DNA from: a virus
Taxonomy: Duplodnaviria; Heunggongvirae; Uroviricota; Caudoviricetes
Length of the DNA: 16,714 bases
Strand: one strand, 5' to 3'
Virus record (IMG/VR): IMGVR_UViG_2541047860_000004
Shown: positions 7,879-15,433 of the stretch, piece by piece
Layout: the number at the start of each line of letters is the position of its first letter
Numbering within the stretch: the first letter of the stretch is position 1
Notes under the pieces: generated by a model
What the model saw: the letters and a program-made list of their open reading frames with translations, nothing else
The model's database searches: none
What the model was told of the DNA's origin: nothing
Program-made: the position numbers and the translations under genes

Positions 7879-8235
7879 TTAAAAAATCAGAACGCCGTGC
7901 GGCCTCAACACCCGAAAGGCTTCTTTAAATCTCTGTCGCGAATCATCACGCCAGGCATCTTTATTCAGCCGTCCATATTTCTTTCCCATCCAGGCGTTAT
8001 CACCAACACTCTCAAGATGCGGAGGGTCTAATACAACCATCGAAAAAGATGCGTCTGCAAATGATAATGCACGAAAATCTGCGATAATGTCAGGGCTGAT
8101 AATCAAGCGTCTCCCATTGCGTAATGTGTATCCTTCTTTTCTGATATCGCTGAATATCGCCCGTTCGTCAGACTTATCGAACCAGAACATGCGGCTGCCA
8201 CAGCACATATCAAGAATGGTTGCCGGTGCACTCAC
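7879..8235 (-). CDS. Class I SAM-dependent methyltransferase-like protein, probably truncated (118 aa)
   Basis: Rossmann-fold methyltransferase motifs in order: motif I ILDMCCGS, post-I FADASFSMVVLD, motif III-like LRPHGVLIF. The ORF stops right after motif III, so the C-terminal part of the fold is missing. Start is GTG overlapping the upstream stop (GTGA). Confidence 0.45.
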   Translation of the reverse strand: MSAPATILDMCCGSRMFWFDKSDERAIFSDIRKEGYTLRNGRRLIISPDIIADFRALSFADASFSMVVLDPPHLESVGDNAWMGKKYGRLNKDAWRDDSRQRFKEAFRVLRPHGVLIF

Positions 8236-8654
8236 TGCGCCACGTCCTGAAAATTACCCTGATAGAAAGCCAGTATGCGCTGCATAACTTCGCTCTTCCG
8301 GCACTCGCGACAGATTATGTTTAGGCGACTGTCGTAGCGACGTATTTCTCCGTCAGGTGATGACCAGATAAGGTCCGGATCAACCACAGCAGGTTTCTTC
8401 ACCTTTGCCCTCGAGAGTTTTTTGCGGGCGTTTTGCCAGTCCTTACGCGCCTGTTCAGAGGGGAATAACCCGTAGCCGGAGTTGTATACATCGCCACTGG
8501 CTACCAGCTCTCTGGCAAGAACGCTCATCAGATATCTAGTCGCACCTGTTTTAGCTTCCAGTTGCCGTAACGTCTCACGGCCGCTCTGGCGCACGAGTTC
8601 CACCACCTGCCATTTAATTTTTTCCCGCTCTTCTTGTGTAAAAACTTTTGCCAC
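8232..8654 (-). CDS. Hypothetical protein (140 aa) upstream of the methyltransferase-like ORF
   Basis: GTG start at 8654 with AAGGGGG 4 nt upstream; stop overlaps the next ORF start. Basic, with a CRECRK motif; no family recognised. Could be the N-terminal part of a frame-shifted larger gene. Confidence 0.4.
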   Translation of the reverse strand: MAKVFTQEEREKIKWQVVELVRQSGRETLRQLEAKTGATRYLMSVLARELVASGDVYNSGYGLFPSEQARKDWQNARKKLSRAKVKKPAVVDPDLIWSSPDGEIRRYDSRLNIICRECRKSEVMQRILAFYQGNFQDVAQ

Positions 8655-8694
8655 AAGTCCCCCTTAAAATTACCTCATGACCTGAAATCAACAC

Positions 8695-9660
8695 TTATCC
8701 TCTGAAACCAGGCGGAATTTCTGTATCCGGTTCAGAAATATGATTAACACAACGCTGTACAGGTGAACGTCCCAGGCGGATGACCAGTTCGTCCCATTTT
8801 TCGCGGAGCTTTGACGGGCTCATGATGTTTTTTACCCAGAATGGATCTCGCTGAACCCGACCAAACATTTCGCAAATTTGTCTGTGGCTTCTGCCATCCA
8901 GCATCCGCATTGTGCGCACGTCATTGGCCCAGGCAGTCCAGTTAGGCTCTTTTGGTCGCATGATCTCGCCATCATCACTGGCTGCCTGTTCGTAGAGACC
9001 CACGATCCGCCCCCAGATCCACTGCGCACACGCCAAATCCTCCCTGCTACCCCACTGGCGTTTTTTCGCACTAAACACAACCGCGTCGGAGTTCCGGGTT
9101 AAAAAATCCTGTTCAGTCGTCTGCGGGTCCGGTTGCGAAGCTTCCGGACGAAAAGTGTTTTTATTCTCTGTAGTAATCTCTGTTGTATTCTCTGTAAGAT
9201 CATCAGGCCATTTTGACCCGATGACATTGGGTCGTTTTGAACCAATGGAGCGTTTCATTTTGACCTCTTCCATCGTGTCATTTTGACCTGATGGAGCGGC
9301 GCATTTTGAACCGATGGATTCGCTCAATTTGCCACCATCTAAAAGCTCGCTCCCATAGTTGATCGTGTAGAAATTGGTCATATCGCGCTTTGATTTATTG
9401 AGCTTTTCACAACGCAAAAGCCCCAGCGTTTTCAGACTTGCAAACGCGCGCTTTAACGTTGACTCTGACCAGAATGGGAACTGTTCCAGCCATTGTTCCG
9501 TTGTGTTATAAATCCAGCGAACACCATCACATTCCATGCCGGAGTTGGTATCTCTCAACCAGTAGTGCAGTTGTTGCAAAACAATGGCTTCGTTTAAGCC
9601 AATTTTCATTGCCAGCTGCGTGTTTATAACCAGTGGGCGTTCAGCAAAAAGAAGGCTCAT
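8695..9660 (-). CDS. Lambda O-like replication initiator protein
   Basis: Track ORF 8695..9714 begins with TTG; first ATG at 9660. Sits in the O position after the cro/cII-like genes. The coding sequence contains five regularly spaced iterons that encode repeated SIGSK peptide motifs, as in lambda O where ori lies inside the gene. Confidence 0.65.
   Translation of the reverse strand: MSLLFAERPLVINTQLAMKIGLNEAIVLQQLHYWLRDTNSGMECDGVRWIYNTTEQWLEQFPFWSESTLKRAFASLKTLGLLRCEKLNKSKRDMTNFYTINYGSELLDGGKLSESIGSKCAAPSGQNDTMEEVKMKRSIGSKRPNVIGSKWPDDLTENTTEITTENKNTFRPEASQPDPQTTEQDFLTRNSDAVVFSAKKRQWGSREDLACAQWIWGRIVGLYEQAASDDGEIMRPKEPNWTAWANDVRTMRMLDGRSHRQICEMFGRVQRDPFWVKNIMSPSKLREKWDELVIRLGRSPVQRCVNHISEPDTEIPPGFRG
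9209..9317. repeat. Iteron array (putative prophage origin) inside the O-like gene
   Basis: Five copies of CATTTTGA(A)CC(N)ATGG with the TTTTGA core starting at 9211, 9235, 9258, 9281 and 9304 (spacing 24, 23, 23, 23 bp). Flanked at 9150-9205 by an AT-rich stretch with repeated TTCTCTGTA. Confidence 0.65.
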
Positions 9661-10162
9661 AATTCCATCCAGCTTTTTGTTGGTATTGCTGTCGATACGC
9701 AAGTTTGAAAGCAATTGCTTTTTCTATAAGTTCGTCAGTTTCACGATCCACTACGGCAGGATCAGCAAAAAGCAGTCCGGACTCCACCACATCGCCATAT
9801 TCTTTGTTTAACCCGGCGATCATGCACGTGATGCTTTTTCCGTCAGTAATTTCACGATACAACCTGAAATCATTAATCCGGATAGCCTCCATAATTGCAG
9901 GCACTAGCGCCGTGAACTTTTCACGCTTATCCCTGGTGTCGATAGCCTTCCAGCGTTCAAATATCTTCACTCGATTAACGCCAAGCGCTCGCTGATCAAT
10001 CGCGCCACCTTCATATGTGACACGCTGAACATCGATGTTCGGGCGCTCTTTCAAAGCCCAGAATGCTTCAGTGATTAATATCGTCGCCTGCTCCTGTGTC
10101 ATTCCTGGTCGACATATCCAGGCATCCAGAGCCTCACGAGCCTGTTCAGGAGTGATTTTCAT
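9641..10162 (-). CDS. Hypothetical regulatory protein in the cII position (173 aa)
   Basis: ATG at 10162, overlapping the dicC stop by 17 nt; the 3' end overlaps the O-like start. No family recognised with confidence. Confidence 0.5.
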   Translation of the reverse strand: MKITPEQAREALDAWICRPGMTQEQATILITEAFWALKERPNIDVQRVTYEGGAIDQRALGVNRVKIFERWKAIDTRDKREKFTALVPAIMEAIRINDFRLYREITDGKSITCMIAGLNKEYGDVVESGLLFADPAVVDRETDELIEKAIAFKLAYRQQYQQKAGWNYEPSFC

Positions 10163-10376
10163 TGTTCAACCGCCCCGCCCGCTTCGTCTTACGATATTCA
10201 TCATAAACTTTGGGATCATACTGAAGCTCCCCGCCAGATGCCTCCTGTAGACGCATCGCGCGACCTTCGGGAACTAAATCCCCTTTCCAGCTATAAAGCG
10301 AAGCCAAACGAATACCTGCTGCTTGTGCAAGTTTTGTTTTTGAACCGAAATACAAAAGAGCGTCAGTTTTAAGCAT
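10146..10376 (-). CDS. dicC: DicC, Cro-like repressor (76 aa)
   Basis: ATG at 10376 with AAGGTG upstream; product MLKTDALLYFGSKTKLAQAAGIRLASLYSWKGDLVPEGRAMRLQEASG... has a helix-turn-helix and is divergent from dicA, as in the Qin immunity region. Confidence 0.85.
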   Translation of the reverse strand: MLKTDALLYFGSKTKLAQAAGIRLASLYSWKGDLVPEGRAMRLQEASGGELQYDPKVYDEYRKTKRAGRLNNENHS

Positions 10377-10390
10377 TTAAAACACCTTTA

Positions 10391-10455
10391 TTGTTAGTCA
10401 TAACTAACAAGATAGATGTTAACAAAAACATAGTCAATACGATTTAGCATTAGCT
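10391..10455. promoter_or_regulatory. Candidate DicA/DicC operator sites in the dicC-dicA intergenic region
   Basis: Palindrome TTGTTAGT-CATA-ACTAACAA at 10391-10410 and TTAGCTAACTA at 10445-10455 overlapping the dicA start; related TGTTAG(T/C)(C/T)AT motifs recur at 10902-10917 and 10939-10948. Confidence 0.4.
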
Positions 10456-10459
10456 AACT

Positions 10460-10867
10460 ATGGAAACAAAAAATTTAACTATCGGCGAACGCATCAGGTA
10501 TCGTCGGAAAAACCTCAAACACACCCAAAGGTCTCTTGCTAAAGCCCTGAAAATCTCCCATGTGTCTGTATCACAATGGGAACGGGGTGATAGTGAACCT
10601 ACAGGGAAGAACCTTTTTGCCCTCAGCAAAGTATTGCAATGCTCACCAACATGGATTCTATTTGGCGATGAAGACAAGCAACCAACACCACCTGTTGAGA
10701 AGCCAGTTGCCTTATCCCCCAAAGAACTAGAGCTCCTTGAGCTGTTTAATGCACTGCCAGAATCAGAACAGGATACCCAGCTCGCCGAAATGCGAGCTCG
10801 AGTAAAAAACTTCAATAAACTCTTTGAAGAATTACTAAAAGCCCGTCAGCGGACAAATAAAAGATAA
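10460..10867 (+). CDS. dicA: DicA, cI-like helix-turn-helix repressor (135 aa)
   Basis: Product METKNLTIGERIRYRRKNLKHTQRSLAKALKISHVSVSQWERGDSEP... is an XRE-type HTH repressor recognised as DicA; divergent from dicC and upstream of the dicB operon. Confidence 0.9.
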   Translation: METKNLTIGERIRYRRKNLKHTQRSLAKALKISHVSVSQWERGDSEPTGKNLFALSKVLQCSPTWILFGDEDKQPTPPVEKPVALSPKELELLELFNALPESEQDTQLAEMRARVKNFNKLFEELLKARQRTNKR

Positions 10868-10927
10868 CATCATCAATGAGTTATCTTTTACCACATCAAT
10901 TATGTTAGCTATAGCATACAAAATCAC

Positions 10928-10956
10928 TTGACCGATATGTTAGTCATGGCTAATCT
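10928..10956 (+). promoter_or_regulatory. Candidate sigma-70 promoter of the ydfABC-dicF-dicB operon
   Basis: TTGACC at 10928-10933, 17-nt spacer, TAATCT at 10951-10956. The spacer contains the operator-like motif TGTTAGTCAT. About 80 nt upstream of ydfA. Confidence 0.4.
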
Positions 10957-11033
10957 TGTTTGCATCAACACACCGCACGGTGTTCTCAGCAAACAGTTCC
11001 GCTACCCCAGCGTTAAGGGGAAATGAGGTCAGC

Positions 11034-11189
11034 ATGGATACTATCGATCTTGGCAACAACGAATCTCTGGTGTACGGCGTGTTTCCAAACCAGGACGGCA
11101 CGTTCACCGCAATGACGTATACCAAAAGCAAAACGTTTAAAACCGAAAATGGTGCCCGTCGCTGGCTGGAAAGAAACTCAGGTGAGTGA
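11034..11189 (+). CDS. ydfA: YdfA (51 aa), first gene of the dicB operon
   Basis: Internal ATG at 11034 of track ORF 10956..11189, with GAGG upstream; product MDTIDLGNNESLVYGVFPNQDGTFTAMTYTKSKTFKTENGARRWLERNSGE. Confidence 0.8.
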   Translation: MDTIDLGNNESLVYGVFPNQDGTFTAMTYTKSKTFKTENGARRWLERNSGE

Positions 11190-11190
11190 T

Positions 11191-11319
11191 ATGGATTTCG
11201 ACACAATCATGGAAAAGGCTTACGAAGAATACTTCGAAGGCCTTGCCGAAGGCGAAGAAGCTCTCAGCTTCAGTGAGTTTAAACAGGCGCTTTCCAGTTC
11301 GGCAAAATCTAACGGCTGA
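11191..11319 (+). CDS. ydfB: YdfB (42 aa)
   Basis: ATG 1 nt after the ydfA stop; hand translation MDFDTIMEKAYEEYFEGLAEGEEALSFSEFKQALSSSAKSNG, then TGA. Below the ORF-track cutoff. Confidence 0.7.
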   Translation: MDFDTIMEKAYEEYFEGLAEGEEALSFSEFKQALSSSAKSNG

Positions 11320-11348
11320 TAAGCGAAACAGCACCGCGAGGAATCAGT

Positions 11349-11567
11349 ATGCAGAAACGAGAACCCGTCATCATCGCGCCAGACTATACCGATGATGAAC
11401 TTTATGAGTGGATGCGCCAGAAAATTAATGCAGCGCAGGATCTGAAATGGGCTAATGAAGCCAGGGCTAAGCAGGCTGAAAATCTGTCCGCTCTGGAGCA
11501 GGATATCACCAATCTGGAAAAAGCAGCGGCATTAAGCATTGCCAGAATGATTACATACCCGCGTTAG
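11349..11567 (+). CDS. ydfC: YdfC (72 aa)
   Basis: ATG ORF MQKREPVIIAPDYTDDELYEWMRQKINAAQDLKWANEARAKQAENLSALEQDITNLEKAAALSIARMITYPR in operon order after ydfB. Confidence 0.8.
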   Translation: MQKREPVIIAPDYTDDELYEWMRQKINAAQDLKWANEARAKQAENLSALEQDITNLEKAAALSIARMITYPR

Positions 11568-11907
11568 TAGCTAATCAACAAAGCTAAGGTTAGTAATTAA
11601 GGAGTTCTCCACGGGTGAGGTGGAGTGCGTGCGCCGGACACGGGTGCGCATCCGGAACTGACAGTTTACTGAAAGGATATTTCCCTGAAAAGTCAGACCA
11701 TAACGCGAAAGCGCACGGCGAGGTAGCTGGTTCATAGATAGCCTGTCGTTAAATTTTCGTCGACCGTGCGCTTCCGGTTGTGGCAACCCGCGAAATGGCG
11801 CGGCGGTAAGTATGGCGGGGTTATTCCTTCCCCGTTGAGGACACCGGGTTGTCAGGTTGACCATACGCTTAAGTGACAACCCCGCTGCAACGCCCTCTGT
11901 TATCAAT

Positions 11908-11965
11908 TTTCTGGTGACGTTTGGCGGTATCAGTTTTACTCCGTGACTGCTCTGCCGCCCTTTTT
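11908..11965 (+). ncRNA. dicF: DicF small regulatory RNA (about 53 nt plus U-tail)
   Basis: TTTCTGGTGACGTTTGGCGGTATCAGTTTTACTCCGTGACTGCTCTGCCGCCC followed by TTTTT, recognised as DicF; lies between ydfC and dicB with a GGCGG...CCGCC terminal hairpin. Confidence 0.85.
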
Positions 11966-12134
11966 AAAGTGAATTTTGTGATGTGGTGAATGCGGCTGAG
12001 CGCACGCGGAACAGTTAAAACCAAAAACAGTGTTATGGGTGGATTCTCTGTATCCGGCGTTAATTGTTAACTGGTTAACGTCACCTGGAGGCACCAGGCA
12101 CTGCATCACAAAATTCATTGTTGAGGACGCGATA

Positions 12135-12323
12135 ATGAAAACGTTATTACCAAACGTTAATACGTCTGAAGGTTGTTTTGAAATTGGTGTCACTATCAGT
12201 AACCCAGTATTTACTGAAGATGCCATTAACAAGAGAAAACAAGAACGGGAGCTATTAAATAAAATATGCATTGTTTCAATGCTGGCTCGTTTACGTCTGA
12301 TGCCAAAAGGATGTGCACAATGA
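12135..12323 (+). CDS. dicB: DicB cell-division inhibitor (62 aa)
   Basis: Internal ATG at 12135 with GAGGA upstream inside track ORF 12030..12323; product MKTLLPNVNTSEGCFEIGVTISNPVFTEDAINKRKQERELLNKICIVSMLARLRLMPKGCAQ. Fits the known in-phase internal translation start of dicB. Confidence 0.9.
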   Translation: MKTLLPNVNTSEGCFEIGVTISNPVFTEDAINKRKQERELLNKICIVSMLARLRLMPKGCAQ

Positions 12324-12511
12324 ATTCAGCATTTGTGCTTGTTCTGACAGTTTTTCTTGTTTCCGGAGAGCCAGTTGATATTGCAGTCAGTGTTCACAGG
12401 ACAATGCAGGAGTGTATGACTGCAGCAACCGAACAGAAAATTCCCGGTAACTGTTACCCGGTCGATAAAGTTATTCACCAGGATAATATCGAAATCCCGG
12501 CAGGTCTTTAA
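12320..12511 (+). CDS. ydfD: YdfD small membrane protein (63 aa)
   Basis: ATG at 12320 overlaps the dicB stop (ATGA); product MNSAFVLVLTVFLVSGEPVDIAVSVHRTMQECMTAATEQKIPGNCYPVDKVIHQDNIEIPAGL has an N-terminal hydrophobic segment. Confidence 0.8.
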   Translation: MNSAFVLVLTVFLVSGEPVDIAVSVHRTMQECMTAATEQKIPGNCYPVDKVIHQDNIEIPAGL

Positions 12512-12603
12512 AACAGTTCCGTAATAAATATCCGGTTTCATTCTTATATGCCAGCAATGGCAGGGATTTGTTCATCCTTAAATCTGTCATGAGGTTAAAA
12601 CAA

Positions 12604-15075
12604 ATGAGTAAAGTCTTTATTTGCGCCGCTATTCCTGACGAACTGGCAACAAGGGAAGAAGGCGCTGTGGCTGTAGCCACAGCCATTGAAGCTGGCGACG
12701 AACGCCGTGCTCGAGCAAAATTTCACTGGCAATTCCTGGAACATTATCCGGCTGCTCAGGACTGCGCTTATAAATTTATTGTCTGCGAGGATAAACCTGG
12801 CATACCCCGCCCTGCCCTCGATTCATGGGATGCTGAATATATGCAGGAAAACCGCTGGGATGAGGAGTCTGCTTCTTTTGTCCCGGTTGAGACTGAATCC
12901 GATCCGATGAACGTCACTTTTGACAAGCTGGCCCCTGAAGTACAGAACGCTGTCATGGTTAAGTTCGACACATGTGAAAACATCACCGTTGATATGGTTA
13001 TTAGCGCACAGGAATTGTTGCAGGAAGACATGGCAACATTCGACGGACATATCGTTGAAGCGTTGATGAAAATGCCAGAAGTTAACGCCATGTATCCGGA
13101 GCTTAAGTTGCACGCCATTGGGTGGGTTAAGCATAAATGTATTCCTGGTGCTAAATGGCCCGAAATTCAGGCAGAGATGCGCATCTGGAAAAAACGTCGC
13201 GAAGGTGAACGCAAGGAAACCGGAAAATACACGTCTGTTGTTGATCTCGCCCGCGCCAGAGCCAATCAACAGTACACTGAAAATTCAACAGGAAAAATCA
13301 GCCCGGTCATTGCTGCCATTCATCGCGAATACAAGCAGACATGGAAAACACTGGATGACGAACTGGCCTACGCTCTCTGGCCTAGTGATGTGGATGCCGG
13401 AAACATTGACGGCAGCATCCATCGCTGGGCAAAAAAAGAAGTTATCGACAACGACCGCGAAGACTGGAAGCGTATCTCGGCATCAATGCGCAAACAGCCT
13501 GATGCCCTTCGCTACGACCGCCAAACTATTTTTGGCCTTGTCCGTGAGCGTCCGATCGACATTCACAAAGATCCCGTAGCACTGAACAAATATATCTGCG
13601 AATACCTGACGACAAAGGGCGTGTTTGAGAATGAAGAAACAGACCTGGGCACTGTTGATGTTCTCCAGTCATCAGAAACACAAACTGATGCAGTGGAAAC
13701 TGAGGTATCTGATATCCCAAAAAATGAAACCGCGCCGGAAGCTGAACCATCTGTAGAGCGTGAGGGGCCGTTCTATTTCCTCTTCGCAGATAAGGACGGA
13801 GAAAAATACGGTCGCGCAAACAAACTCTCTGGTCTGGATAAGGCACTGGCTGCTGGCGCCACTGAAATCACAAAAGAAGAATATTTTGCCCGAAAAAATG
13901 GCACATACACGGGCTTACCGCAAAATGTAGATACCGCTGAAGATTCAGAACAACCAGAGCCGATAAAAGTTACCGCTGACGAAGTAAACAAAATTATGCA
14001 GGCAGCCAATATCAGCCAGCCTGACGCCGATAAGTTGCTTGCTGCATCACGTGGTGAATTTGTTGAAGGGATTAGTGACCCGAATGATCCGAAATGGGTT
14101 AAGGGGCTCCAGACCCGCGATTCTGTGAACCAGAACCAGCATGAATCGGAACGGAACTACCAAAAAGCGGAACAAAACAGTCCAAATGCGTTACAAAACG
14201 AGCCAGAAACGAAACAGCCTGAACCAGTAGCGCAACAGGAAGTGGAAAAAGTCTGCACCGCCTGCGGTCAGACCGGCGGCGGCAACTGCCCTGATTGTGG
14301 CGCGGTGATGGGCGACGCAACATACCAAGAAACATTCGATGAAGAGTATCAGGTTGAAGTTCAGGAAGATGATCCGGAGGAAATGGAAGGCGCTGAACAT
14401 CCACACAAGGAGAACACTGGCGGCAATCAGCATCACAATAGCGATAATGAAACTGGCGAGACGGCAGATCACCCAATTAAGGTGAACGGTCATCACGAAA
14501 TCACATCCACCAGCAGGACGTGTGACCATCTAATGATCGACCTTGAAACCATGGGAAAAAATCCTGATGCCCCGATCATCTCAATAGGTGCAATATTTTT
14601 CGATCCGCAAACCGGAGATATGGGACCGGAATTTAGTAAGACTATCGATCTGGAAACTGCTGGCGGAGTCATTGATCGGGACACCATTAAATGGTGGCTT
14701 AAGCAATCACGCGAAGCGCAATCGGCCATTATGACCGATGAAATCCCGTTAGATGATGCACTGTTACAATTGCGGGAATTTATCGACGAAAACTCCGGTG
14801 AATTTTTTGTTCAGGTTTGGGGAAATGGAGCCAACTTCGACAACACGATTTTGCGCCGTTCATACGAACGGCAGGGGATCCCCTGCCCGTGGCGTTACTA
14901 CAACGATCGCGATGTACGCACAATCGTTGAGCTGGGGAAAGCCATAGACTTCGATGCCAGAACGGCTATTCCATTCGAAGGTGAGCGCCATAATGCACTT
15001 GATGACGCCCGTTACCAGGCAAAATACGTTTCAGTTATCTGGCAAAAACTGATCCCGAGTCAGGCTGATTCTTAA
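12604..15075 (+). CDS. YdfE-like large prophage protein (823 aa) with C-terminal DEDDh-type 3'-5' exonuclease domain
   Basis: Track ORF begins with TTG at 12568; the ATG at 12604 has GAGG 8 nt upstream. Unknown N-terminal domain of about 350 aa, acidic low-complexity linker, zinc ribbon CTACGQTGGGNCPDCG (about 14254-14301), then an exonuclease domain with motifs IDLET, WGNGANFD and HNALDDA (about 14521-15072). Confidence 0.8.
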   Translation: MSKVFICAAIPDELATREEGAVAVATAIEAGDERRARAKFHWQFLEHYPAAQDCAYKFIVCEDKPGIPRPALDSWDAEYMQENRWDEESASFVPVETESDPMNVTFDKLAPEVQNAVMVKFDTCENITVDMVISAQELLQEDMATFDGHIVEALMKMPEVNAMYPELKLHAIGWVKHKCIPGAKWPEIQAEMRIWKKRREGERKETGKYTSVVDLARARANQQYTENSTGKISPVIAAIHREYKQTWKTLDDELAYALWPSDVDAGNIDGSIHRWAKKEVIDNDREDWKRISASMRKQPDALRYDRQTIFGLVRERPIDIHKDPVALNKYICEYLTTKGVFENEETDLGTVDVLQSSETQTDAVETEVSDIPKNETAPEAEPSVEREGPFYFLFADKDGEKYGRANKLSGLDKALAAGATEITKEEYFARKNGTYTGLPQNVDTAEDSEQPEPIKVTADEVNKIMQAANISQPDADKLLAASRGEFVEGISDPNDPKWVKGLQTRDSVNQNQHESERNYQKAEQNSPNALQNEPETKQPEPVAQQEVEKVCTACGQTGGGNCPDCGAVMGDATYQETFDEEYQVEVQEDDPEEMEGAEHPHKENTGGNQHHNSDNETGETADHPIKVNGHHEITSTSRTCDHLMIDLETMGKNPDAPIISIGAIFFDPQTGDMGPEFSKTIDLETAGGVIDRDTIKWWLKQSREAQSAIMTDEIPLDDALLQLREFIDENSGEFFVQVWGNGANFDNTILRRSYERQGIPCPWRYYNDRDVRTIVELGKAIDFDARTAIPFEGERHNALDDARYQAKYVSVIWQKLIPSQADS

Positions 15076-15086
15076 TGTTCAACTGT

Positions 15087-15118
15087 CGCCGGTTGTGACT
15101 GGTATTCTGCAACCGGCG
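15087..15118 (+). other. Stem-loop between the YdfE-like gene and xis
   Basis: Perfect 9-bp inverted repeat CGCCGGTTG (15087-15095) and CAACCGGCG (15110-15118) with a 14-nt loop; no T-run follows, so not a canonical terminator. Confidence 0.3.
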
Positions 15119-15147
15119 CTCGTCTGATGTAAGAGATAAAGAAATCG

Positions 15148-15399
15148 ATGAGCGAAGTAATCATGATTGTCTCTCCCGGCAAATGGGTATCCGAAGAGCA
15201 GTTAATTGCGCTGAAAGGAATAAAAAAAGGTACGTTAAAAAAGGCCCGGGAAAAATCGTTTATGGAAGGAAGGGAATATAAGCATGTCGCTCATGACGGT
15301 ATGCCATGGGATAACAGTCCATGCTTTTACAACCTGGAAGAAATTGATCGCTGGATTGAGCGCCAGGCATCAGCAAGACCAAGACGTCATCTTACTTGA
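15148..15399 (+). CDS. Excisionase-like protein (83 aa)
   Basis: Small basic ORF immediately upstream of the integrase gene on the same strand. Ribosome-binding site is weak and the start is uncertain (alternative ATG at 15163). Confidence 0.65.
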   Translation: MSEVIMIVSPGKWVSEEQLIALKGIKKGTLKKAREKSFMEGREYKHVAHDGMPWDNSPCFYNLEEIDRWIERQASARPRRHLT

Positions 15400-15433
15400 C
15401 TAAAAGCCACACTAACTAATGAGAGAAGTTGAA

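Noticed and set aside
7879-8235. DPPH in the methyltransferase-like ORF as motif IV of an N6-adenine DNA methyltransferase
   Set aside because: The motif order (I, post-I, III-like) and spacing fit a generic class I SAM methyltransferase core; DPPH sits where post-I/motif II is expected, so a DNA-methylase call is not justified without a profile search.
9209-9317. Regularly spaced repeats as a possible CRISPR array
   Set aside because: Repeat units are only about 12-15 bp with 23-24 bp periodicity, lie inside a coding sequence and preserve the reading frame; this fits origin iterons, not CRISPR repeats and spacers.
11571-11906. 111-aa minus-strand ORF in the ydfC-dicF spacer
   Set aside because: Antisense to the dicB operon transcript, no ribosome-binding site, arginine-rich product; the region is better explained as a structured RNA leader.
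14191-14529. 112-aa hydrophobic minus-strand ORF
   Set aside because: Antisense to the YdfE-like gene across its zinc-ribbon and linker region; hydrophobicity is a side effect of reading acidic-codon-rich sequence in reverse.
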